Shown here: one piece after another, positions 29,451 to 36,730 of the stretch
Layout: every line of letters begins with the position of its first letter
Numbering within the stretch: the stretch's first letter is position 1
Assembly (NCBI GenBank): GCA_037189525.1
Contig: JBBCJC010000005.1
Location: 544,001 to 608,000 of the forward strand
DNA: 64,000 nucleotides
Direction of reading: 5' to 3'
Origin: Gemmatimonadales bacterium
GTDB lineage: Bacteria; Gemmatimonadota; Gemmatimonadetes; Gemmatimonadales; GWC2-71-9
Program-made: the position numbers and the translations under genes
Notes under the pieces: model-generated
The model's database searches: none
What the model saw: the letters and a program-made list of their open reading frames with translations, nothing else
Told to the model about the DNA's origin: nothing

Positions 29451-29951
29451 CGTCGGGCGCAACGGCTGTCACCCGGCTCGTAACGATGGTCAGGTGGCTG
29501 GAACGGGCTGTCACCTCGGATAGAACGACTGTCAGGTCACGGAAAACGGCGGTCAGGTGTCCCGACGCGGCGTTCGGGGACACGAAACGGCTGTCAGATG
29601 ACCGGAAACGGCTGTCACTCGTCCCGCAACGGCGGTCAGGTGGCTGGAACGCCCTGTCACCTCGGACAAAACGACTGTCAGGTCACGGAAAACGACGGTC
29701 AGGTGTCCCAATGCGGCGTTCGGGGACAGAAAACGGCTGTCAGATGACTGGAAACGACTGTCACCCGTCCCGCAATGACGGTCACTCGTCCCGAAACGGC
29801 TGTCACGGTCCTCGAACGGGCGGTCAGACGACGGAAAACGGCGGTCACAGCTTCCGAAACGGCGTCCAAGTACAGACCCGGACGGTCAGGGAGCCCGAAC
29901 GGGCTGTCAGAGGACTCGAACGGACGTTTCAGGTGCCCGCAACGGCGTTCG
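29451..29951. repeat. Tandem array of ~24 degenerate 21-bp units (N10 + AACGRCKGTCA) with a 146-bp higher-order duplication
   Basis: Units aligned by hand end at 29471, 29492, 29513, 29534, 29555 ... 29909; 29493-29638 vs 29639-29784 differ at 14 of 146 positions. Confidence 0.92.
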
Positions 29952-30055
29952 GGACGAGAATCGAACGGATCGGCTACTGATTCGGGCGGACCTCGCTTCC
30001 GAACAGGGCCCGGAGAGGCTATTCTTGGCGCCGGCAAGCAGAACACCGGATAGTA

Positions 30056-30129
30056 CGGGACGTAGCGCAGCCCGGTAGCGCACCTGAATGGGGTTCAGGG
30101 GGTCGCGGGTTCAAATCCCGCCGTCCCGA
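30056..30129 (+). tRNA. tRNA-Pro(GGG), CCA not encoded
   Basis: Full cloverleaf: CGGGACG/CGTCCCG acceptor, GCGC D-stem, CCTGA/TCAGG anticodon stem with loop ATGGGGT, GCGGG-TTCAAAT-CCCGC T-arm. Confidence 0.96.
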
Positions 30130-30145
30130 TTCCATCTAAGTACGA

Positions 30146-30174
30146 GCCCCGCTCGACCTTACGTCGGGCGGGGC
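30146..30174 (+). other. 12-bp GC-rich hairpin after the tRNA (terminator-like or att-associated)
   Basis: GCCCCGCTCGAC-CTTAC-GTCGGGCGGGGC. Confidence 0.7.
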
Positions 30175-30264
30175 GTTCGCTTTCCCTCAGAGCGCGTGGA
30201 GCGATCCCACCGAAAACTCCATCGCACCACCCCATAACTTCAACCGTTTACCACCGCCGTCCTG

Positions 30265-30510
30265 TTAGAGCTTCGGCAGGAAATACCGAATCGGCTTCTG
30301 GTACACCTTCGCAAAGCGCGCCAGATCAATCGGGTCTAACCGGCGCTCACCCAGCTCGCATTTGGTCACGTAGGACTGAGGCCGGCGCAGCGCCTTCGCC
30401 ACCTGAACTTGGGTCAGCCCACAGGCGATTCGGGCACGCCGGAGCCGTGTGAGCAGGAACTGATACTCCGGCGTATGTACGGCACCGCGCTTGGGCTTGG
30501 AGGGCTCCAT
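30265..30510 (-). CDS. XRE-family helix-turn-helix regulator (81 aa)
   Basis: LRRARIACGLTQVQVAKALRRPQSYVTKCELGERRLD; GGAGG RBS. Confidence 0.88.
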   Translation of the reverse strand: MEPSKPKRGAVHTPEYQFLLTRLRRARIACGLTQVQVAKALRRPQSYVTKCELGERRLDPIDLARFAKVYQKPIRYFLPKL

Positions 30511-30530
30511 AGCCTCCACGCTCTCTTGCC

Positions 30531-30556
30531 TTGTACAATAACCCAACATGGGATAT
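30531..30556. promoter_or_regulatory. Putative XRE operator overlapping -10-like elements
   Basis: Inverted repeat ATAACCCA-ACA-TGGGATAT (30538-30556) and palindrome TTGTACAA just upstream of the HTH gene. Confidence 0.5.
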
Positions 30557-30731
30557 CATAGGGCCGTTTCCCCTGTCCGCTGACGCTCGTGGAGGATCGT
30601 ATGGTTCGTCTCAGCGGTGCCCTACTGCTCGTTGTTCTGATGTCCGGCTGAGCCTAGCCTGTGAGGCCCTGCATCTCTGCTTCGGTCCCACTCTAAGGGA
30701 CGTACAATCATCATAAATCGCGGGCGTTCGC

Positions 30732-31199
30732 ATGGTACACCTACGAATCGCAATCCTTCTTGCATGCATCTCTGGCTGCGCCGATCCGGGGCCGGCGACC
30801 ACCGCACCTCCACCAGCACCTGTGCCCCCCCCAGCGCCATCACCACCCCCGGCACCACCACCCCCGCCTCCGGCAGCCAAGTGCGGTACCAGCCAGCTGT
30901 GCGGGCAGGGAGTATCGGTGACCAAGGAGACGGACCCCAGCAAGCGTCCGGAAGGAGTCACCGACTTCTGGACCATCACCATCGGCCTTTGGAACGATGG
31001 GCCATCCTGTGCTGGCTCAGTCGAAGGGCGCGCCTACGTGATCGTACCCACACATTCTCACACCTTTCGAAGCGGTCGAGATGGCCCGGAACCAGTACCG
31101 CTGGGTGCGAGCTCGGTGCGCGTGGGGACGACCGATAGCCTATTCACTACGATTGACTCCATCGAAGTCCGGAGCTGGACCGCGATCAGCTGTCCCTAG
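30732..31199 (+). CDS. Hypothetical lipoprotein with proline-rich stalk
   Basis: ISGC lipobox, PPPAP low-complexity linker, four Cys in C-terminal domain. Confidence 0.65.
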   Translation: MVHLRIAILLACISGCADPGPATTAPPPAPVPPPAPSPPPAPPPPPPAAKCGTSQLCGQGVSVTKETDPSKRPEGVTDFWTITIGLWNDGPSCAGSVEGRAYVIVPTHSHTFRSGRDGPEPVPLGASSVRVGTTDSLFTTIDSIEVRSWTAISCP

Positions 31200-31226
31200 C
31201 TTGCTGTATCACCCTAAGGGGAATTA

Positions 31227-31265
31227 GGTCCAGGGGGTCGCGGGGTTCAAATTCCACCGTCCCAA
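31227..31265 (+). pseudogene. Degenerate 3' half of tRNA-Pro (attR-like)
   Basis: GGTCCAGGGGGTCGCGGGGTTCAAATTCCACCGTCCCAA vs GGTTCAGGGGGTCGCGGG-TTCAAATCCCGCCGTCCCGA. Confidence 0.8.
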
Positions 31266-31269
31266 CTTG

Positions 31270-31297
31270 AAAGTGCGGACCATCACCCGCGCTTTTT
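31270..31297 (+). terminator. Intrinsic terminator following the tRNA fragment
   Basis: AAAGTGCGG-N8-CCGCGCTTT stem running into TTTTT. Confidence 0.6.
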
Positions 31298-31373
31298 CGT
31301 GTCGTCGCCGAGCTTTGGTCGCCGCAGCTCACCTCCAGCTCGTTGCTTACCAGTCAAATCACGCGGTCTCAAC

Positions 31374-31424
31374 TCAATCTGAATACAAGCCCCGCTCGAC
31401 CTTGCGTCAGGCGGAGCTTTCGCT
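31374..31424 (+). repeat. Second, diverged copy of the post-tRNA trailer/hairpin (30131-30181)
   Basis: TCAATCTGAATACAAGCCCCGCTCGACCTTGCGTCAGGCGGAGCTTTCGCT vs TCCATCTAAGTACGAGCCCCGCTCGACCTTACGTCGGGCGGGGCGTTCGCT. Confidence 0.8.
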
Positions 31425-31581
31425 CTGTCAGTCTGCCGGGCCTCGGGACAGCAACCCCACGCCGCACTACAACGCCACCCCCCGAAAAACTTGCTCACGA
31501 CCGCAGTCGCCACCATACTGCGAGAAGGGGTCGTTTCCATTCGACTTCCCGCCAGATCTCAACGCGCGAACCGGATCCGCT

Positions 31582-33321
31582 ATGTCCCGCATCGCTCTGC
31601 TGTTTCTGATGCTCCTCGCCGCCCATCCATCGGCCGGCGCCGCCCAAGGCAACGTCCGTCAACTCTTCGGCGTCATGACCCCGATGCGCGATGGCGTCAA
31701 GCTCGCCTCCGATGTCTGGCTGCCCGAAGCGCCGGGGCAATACCCCGTGCTGCTGATCCGGACGCCGTACCTCAAATCGATGGAGCTCATCAACGTCCCG
31801 ACCCTGGCGGCCTGGTTTGCCTCACGCGGCTACGTCTTCGTCGTTCAGGACGTGCGCGGTCGAGGCGACTCCGAAGGCGAGTTCAATTTCTTCTTCCAGG
31901 AAGGCCCCGACGGATACGACACCATAGAGTGGCTAGCCAAGCAGCCGTTCTCCAACGGGCGCGTCGGCATGCTGGGCGTGTCGTATCTCGGTACCGTACA
32001 GTGGCTCGCGGCGCGGGAGCAGCCGCCCTCGCTCGTCTGTATGGCGCCGACCGCACCCGCCGGCCGCTATCTCGAAGAGCTGCCGTTCGTGGGCGGCGCG
32101 TTCATGCACCAGTGGGCGTTAGGCTGGATCAACGGCGTGTCCGGCAAAGTGGATCAGGGGCCCAATCTGCGCGGCACCGACTGGGACAAAGTCTTCCAGC
32201 ACCGACCGTTGCTGACATCGGATTCGGTGATGGGACGCCCGATGCGGCTCTATCGCGAGTTTCTCACCAATCCGCTGATGACGGACTACTGGAAACGGAT
32301 CCAGTTTACGGCGGACGACTTCACGAAGATTCGCATCCCGACACTGACCGTGACCGGTTGGTTCGATGGCGATCAGCCCGGCGCCTTGTTCTACTGGCGC
32401 GGGCTTGCGAACGGCGCGCCAGCAAAGGACCAGCACTACCTTGTCTCCGGCCCCTGGAATCACGTGCAGACCTTCCTGGGCGGCGCCACCAAGCAGGGCG
32501 AGATGGAGCTGCCAGCCGAGTCGATCGTCGACACCAAGGCGCTGCATCTGGCCTTCTTCGACTGGTGCCTGAAGCAATCCGCTCCCCGCTTCGAGGTGCC
32601 GCGCACCCGCCTCTATATCACCGGTGCCAACGAGTGGCGGACCGGTGAAGTCTACCCGCCGCGGGAGGCGACGCCCACGCCGCTCTACCTGCGGAGCGGC
32701 GGCCGCGCCAACTCCCTCGCCGGCGACGGCACGCTCAGCTGGGAACGGCCCGGTGCGGAGCCACCGGATCGGTTCACCTACGATCCGAAGCGACCGACCC
32801 CGGCCGACATCGGCGGGACGATGACCGCGATCGACCGGCGGCCGATCCAGCGCCGAGATGATGTGCTGGTGTATACGACCGACGAGTTGACCGAACCGGT
32901 CGAGATCATCGGCAACGTCACCGTTACCCTGGAGGCGGCGAGCGACGCGCGCGACACCGATTTCACCGCCGTCCTCACCGACGTCTATCCCGATGGCCGC
33001 GCAGTGAGCCTGGGGCCTAACATCGGAATCCGGCGCGCCCGCTACCGGCACGGGATGACTCGGGAGGAGTTGCTCACTCCGGGCAAGCCGGAGACCTTCA
33101 CGATCGAGCTCTACGACATTGCCCACCGGTTCCTGCCCGGTCATCGGATTCGAGTCGAGATATCGAGCAGCGCGGCGCCGCACTACAACCCCAATCAGAA
33201 CACGGGGAACCCGGTTGCCACCGATACCGAATGGAAGGTTGCCCGGCAGACGATCTATCACGACAAGTCCCGCGCCTCGGCGATCATCCTGCCGGTCGTC
33301 GGCAAGAAGCTCACGCCCTGA
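31582..33321 (+). CDS. CocE/NonD family hydrolase, exported
   Basis: MRDGVKLASD, RTPY, QDVRGRGDSEG, GVSYLG, GPWNH. Confidence 0.92.
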   Translation: MSRIALLFLMLLAAHPSAGAAQGNVRQLFGVMTPMRDGVKLASDVWLPEAPGQYPVLLIRTPYLKSMELINVPTLAAWFASRGYVFVVQDVRGRGDSEGEFNFFFQEGPDGYDTIEWLAKQPFSNGRVGMLGVSYLGTVQWLAAREQPPSLVCMAPTAPAGRYLEELPFVGGAFMHQWALGWINGVSGKVDQGPNLRGTDWDKVFQHRPLLTSDSVMGRPMRLYREFLTNPLMTDYWKRIQFTADDFTKIRIPTLTVTGWFDGDQPGALFYWRGLANGAPAKDQHYLVSGPWNHVQTFLGGATKQGEMELPAESIVDTKALHLAFFDWCLKQSAPRFEVPRTRLYITGANEWRTGEVYPPREATPTPLYLRSGGRANSLAGDGTLSWERPGAEPPDRFTYDPKRPTPADIGGTMTAIDRRPIQRRDDVLVYTTDELTEPVEIIGNVTVTLEAASDARDTDFTAVLTDVYPDGRAVSLGPNIGIRRARYRHGMTREELLTPGKPETFTIELYDIAHRFLPGHRIRVEISSSAAPHYNPNQNTGNPVATDTEWKVARQTIYHDKSRASAIILPVVGKKLTP

Positions 33322-33338
33322 ACCCGGACAGCTTACCC

Positions 33339-34814
33339 ATGGGCTTCGCTCGACGCTCCCTCACCCTGCTCCTCATTGCCGGCGCTGCTTCGGCTGCGTC
33401 GGCCCAGCAGTCCCGCGTCTACGATCGGGTCATTCTGCATGGCCGGGTCATGGATCCCGCGTCCGGGTTGGACGCAGTCCGTCACCTGGGCATCAGCGAC
33501 GGCCGGGTCGGAGCGATCAGCCGCACCCCGCTCCGCGGACGCGATACCGTCGATGCCCGCGGCCTCGTCGTCGCGCCGGGATTCATCGACCTCCACGCGC
33601 ACGGCCAGAACGACGAGAGCTACGGCTACTACGCCATGAACGGCGTGACCACGGCCCTGGAACTGGAGACGGGCATCGGCCCCGTTGCCCGGTTCTACGC
33701 CGAGCGGGCGGGAAAGGCTCGCGTCAACTACGGAGGGGCCGCTTCGCACTTTCACGCCCGCCGGATAGCATATGGCGATACGCTGATCCCGTACGAGCAG
33801 CGCGCCAGTGATACCTCGACGACCTGGTCACACACGCCAAGCAATCCGTCCGCCATTGCCACTGTCCGTGCCGAGCTTGGCAAAGCACTCGATGAAGGCG
33901 CACTCGGCATCGGGATGGGCATCGCCTACACTCCCGGCGCGTCGCACTTCGAAATTCTCCGCAACTTCGAGCTCTGCGCCGAGCGACGAGTCATCTGCTT
34001 TACTCACATCCGCGGGGCGGGTGGCGGCGTCGGCGGCTATCCCGGCCTTCAGGAGGTGCTGACCGATGCGATGACGACCGGCGCCGCGCTCCACGTGGTC
34101 CACATCAACAGCAGCAGCGGCGCCAATGCCGGGTCGCCCAACGTCCCGGACTTCCTCAGGGTCATTCACCAGGCGCGAGCTCACGGCGTGAACGTGACGA
34201 CCGAGGCCTATCCCTACACCGCAAGTTCGACTCTGCTCCAATCGTCGCTCTATGACCGCGCGCTCGACACGCCGGGCTACGACTTCAATCGCATCGTTTG
34301 GGCAGCCACCGGCGAACGTCTGACCCGCGAGTCGTTCATCAAGTACCGGCAACAGGGCGGCATCATCGTGCAAGTGGGCGGCCCCGACTCCCTGCTCTAT
34401 CCGATCTTCCGTGATTCGATCGTGATGGTAGCGAGCGATGCGGTGCCCTACGTCCAGCATCGCGGCAATCCGCGGCTCGCCGGCACCTTTGCTCGCGTGC
34501 TTGGCCGCTACGTGCGGGACGCGAAACTCTTTTCGCTGATGGAGGGGCTCCGGCGGATGACGATCATGCCGGCCAAGCGGCTCGAACCGTCCGTGCCACA
34601 GATGGCGCGCAAAGGGCGCATCGCCGTGGGCGCCGATGCCGACCTCACCATTTTCGACCCGGCCACCGTCATCGACCAGGCCACGGTCGAAGAACCGGCA
34701 CAATACTCCGCCGGGATCCTCCACGTCCTGGTCGGCGGCACTCCCGTCGTCAGAGACGCCAGGTTGGTGGAGGGTGTCTTTCCCGGCCAGCCGGTGCGAC
34801 GGCACGTCCGGTGA
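33339..34814 (+). CDS. Amidohydrolase (N-acyl-D-amino acid deacylase-like), exported
   Basis: APGFIDLHAH, ASD, GTFARVLG, KGRIAVGADADLTIFDP. Confidence 0.88.
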   Translation: MGFARRSLTLLLIAGAASAASAQQSRVYDRVILHGRVMDPASGLDAVRHLGISDGRVGAISRTPLRGRDTVDARGLVVAPGFIDLHAHGQNDESYGYYAMNGVTTALELETGIGPVARFYAERAGKARVNYGGAASHFHARRIAYGDTLIPYEQRASDTSTTWSHTPSNPSAIATVRAELGKALDEGALGIGMGIAYTPGASHFEILRNFELCAERRVICFTHIRGAGGGVGGYPGLQEVLTDAMTTGAALHVVHINSSSGANAGSPNVPDFLRVIHQARAHGVNVTTEAYPYTASSTLLQSSLYDRALDTPGYDFNRIVWAATGERLTRESFIKYRQQGGIIVQVGGPDSLLYPIFRDSIVMVASDAVPYVQHRGNPRLAGTFARVLGRYVRDAKLFSLMEGLRRMTIMPAKRLEPSVPQMARKGRIAVGADADLTIFDPATVIDQATVEEPAQYSAGILHVLVGGTPVVRDARLVEGVFPGQPVRRHVR

Positions 34815-34862
34815 GCGGACGAGTCCACCGGCTCGCGCCGACCGGCCTCTATCGCTGACGTT

Positions 34863-35429
34863 TCAGCGCTCTGCCGTGCGTTCCAAAAGCTGCACGATCT
34901 CCTCCAGCGTCGTGCGGCCGCGGTCACGGGCATACCAGCGGCGCGTCTCCTTGTATCGGTCTTCTTTGCTCAGCTGCCGAGCCTCATCCGACATCACCCA
35001 GCGCTGAAGAGGCTCGGGCCGGGAACCCCACCATCCGAGTTCCCGGTACCCCTCGTCCAAAACTATGACCACCGGGATGGCGCGCGACGTTCCCGTGAGA
35101 TGGGCGTCCATCAGGTCCAGGTTCTGATCGCGCTCGAGCACACGCAGATCGAACCCCGGCACCGACTCGACCAGGCGCGCCACGAACGGCAGAGAGTTCA
35201 CGGCATCACCACACCAGTCCTCCGTCAGCACCAACAGATGCCGTCGCACGGAAAGAGCGCGGGTCCGTTCCACCAGATCGGCGGGCGCCTGAGCCATTCT
35301 CCGCAAAGCAAGCCAGAGTTCCTGGTTGTCTTTCGCACCCTCGATGAACTCGTCCAGCGTCGGCGCCGAGGCATATCGGTCCGCGAGGGGGTCCAGGTCG
35401 AGCCCGTTCAGGGATTCTTTCGTCGTCAT
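34863..35429 (-). CDS. Thioredoxin-like protein (Thioredoxin_9 type, WCGD)
   Basis: TEDWCGDA, cis-Pro SRAIP, WGSRP. Confidence 0.85.
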   Translation of the reverse strand: MTTKESLNGLDLDPLADRYASAPTLDEFIEGAKDNQELWLALRRMAQAPADLVERTRALSVRRHLLVLTEDWCGDAVNSLPFVARLVESVPGFDLRVLERDQNLDLMDAHLTGTSRAIPVVIVLDEGYRELGWWGSRPEPLQRWVMSDEARQLSKEDRYKETRRWYARDRGRTTLEEIVQLLERTAER

Positions 35430-35521
35430 GTTCTGCCTGCCTGTTTCATGTTTTGGGCCCCGGCCTTCTCACAATTTGGTGAGGGACTCCGGCAGCCAAC
35501 AACTGGTACAACACTTCGTGC

Positions 35522-36112
35522 TCAGAACGACCAGTGGAACCCGACGTCGAGCCCGACGTAGCGCAGCTTGGCCGGCGTGGTAATCGAGCCGATCACGAGA
35601 TCGCGTGCAAGCGCGCGATAGCTCACCAGCGGCACGATCCGCCAACGGGTACCCAGCGGGAGCGACACCCCGGCCCCTGCCTCCCATCCGAGCCCGTGTC
35701 CCGAATCGGTAACGAGATCGCCGTTGGTATTCTTTACCTCGATGTGCGTGATCGTCGCCCCGCCACGCAAGACGAGCGCCGGCGACCCCGCGCCCGCCAT
35801 TGGATGTTCGAATCGAAGACCCAGCACATAGCCGGTTTCCTCCACGTCGACACCGATCCCCGCAAACGACGCGCGGTCCACATCGGTGCCAAAGTGACGC
35901 CATCCCCAGCCGGCGTAGGCGGACAGATGTTCCAGGAAGCGGTAGCCCACCGTCGCCTCGAATCCGGCGCCGGTCCCAAGCTGCGCATTGCCGAGATCCT
36001 GCGTCGGGAGTGAGATACCACCTCGGAAGGCCACATCCCCGCGCCGCTGGGCCGCCGCCGAGCCCGGCAATATCACGATCAAAGCAGTCAGTATTGTCAA
36101 CCAGGTACGCAT
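35522..36112 (-). CDS. Outer-membrane beta-barrel protein
   Basis: Signal peptide, alternating strands, C-terminal GFHWSF; AAGGAG RBS. Confidence 0.8.
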   Translation of the reverse strand: MRTWLTILTALIVILPGSAAAQRRGDVAFRGGISLPTQDLGNAQLGTGAGFEATVGYRFLEHLSAYAGWGWRHFGTDVDRASFAGIGVDVEETGYVLGLRFEHPMAGAGSPALVLRGGATITHIEVKNTNGDLVTDSGHGLGWEAGAGVSLPLGTRWRIVPLVSYRALARDLVIGSITTPAKLRYVGLDVGFHWSF

Positions 36113-36127
36113 GATGATCTCCTTGCG

Positions 36128-36730
36128 TCAACGAACAGTGAACGCGATCCCAGCGTGATAGGTGGAGGCGATCACGTCGTCGATCGGTGTACCCGGAAGG
36201 GCAATGTCGCCGATCGCGGCGAGCCGCGCCCCCAAGTCGAGTGTGATCGCGAAATAGCGAAAGACGGGCAGATCGAGCCCCATTCCGAAGGCCAGCCCCG
36301 ACCCGGTGCGTCTCGTCATCACCGGCGGCACGTCCGGCGGCGTCACGGTAAAGGTCCCGCGAGCAAGTCCAAGCCCGCCGGTCAGAAAGAATCCGCTGCC
36401 GCTCGGAAACCAGAGCACCGAACCCATGATCGATGCATTGCGCGCCTCCATGGGGTCGGCCGTTTCGGCCGGCTCGTCCGGAAACCGATCGTCGAACCCG
36501 AAGAGTTCGGCGCCGACCAGGACCCGCTGCGAAAGATTCGTCCCGATCCGAATCCAGCCGGTCCGGCCATACACGACCGACACATCCGTGCATGCGGAGC
36601 AGCCGACCCGCGCAACCCCGGTGCCCAGCCCCGTCTCCACCCAGAGCCCGCGCCGCCCCGATTCCTGCGCGCGGCACACGACGGGTATCACCACCAGCGC
36701 GGCGACAGCAAGCAGCAGCCTGGACCTCAC
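36128..36730 (-). CDS. Putative outer-membrane beta-barrel protein with CxxC loop
   Basis: GTG start overlapping upstream stop; signal peptide; CSAC; amphipathic strands. Confidence 0.65.
   Translation of the reverse strand: MRSRLLLAVAALVVIPVVCRAQESGRRGLWVETGLGTGVARVGCSACTDVSVVYGRTGWIRIGTNLSQRVLVGAELFGFDDRFPDEPAETADPMEARNASIMGSVLWFPSGSGFFLTGGLGLARGTFTVTPPDVPPVMTRRTGSGLAFGMGLDLPVFRYFAITLDLGARLAAIGDIALPGTPIDDVIASTYHAGIAFTVR

Larger units (their letters stand above)
30092..31265. mobile_element. Remnant tRNA-integrated islet bounded by attL/attR-like direct repeats; no integrase
   Basis: tRNA 3' half 30092-30129 recurs degenerately at 31227-31265. Confidence 0.7.

Noticed and set aside
29451..29951. 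Calling the array a CRISPR
   Set aside because: Conserved part is only ~11 nt and degenerate, variable part ~10 nt and block-duplicated; no cas genes in the window
29486..29980. 164-aa plus-strand ORF over the array as a confident CDS
   Set aside because: No clear RBS; it passes through different registers of the repeat and stays open because the plus-strand motif lacks stops. Kept only as an alternative hypothesis
30800..30875. C-rich repetitive tract (also 38320-38352)
   Set aside because: Explained by proline-rich linker codons in lipoproteins
31267..31581. N-terminal extension of the second CocE ORF
   Set aside because: Runs through a terminator and hairpin repeat; the signal peptide starts at 31582
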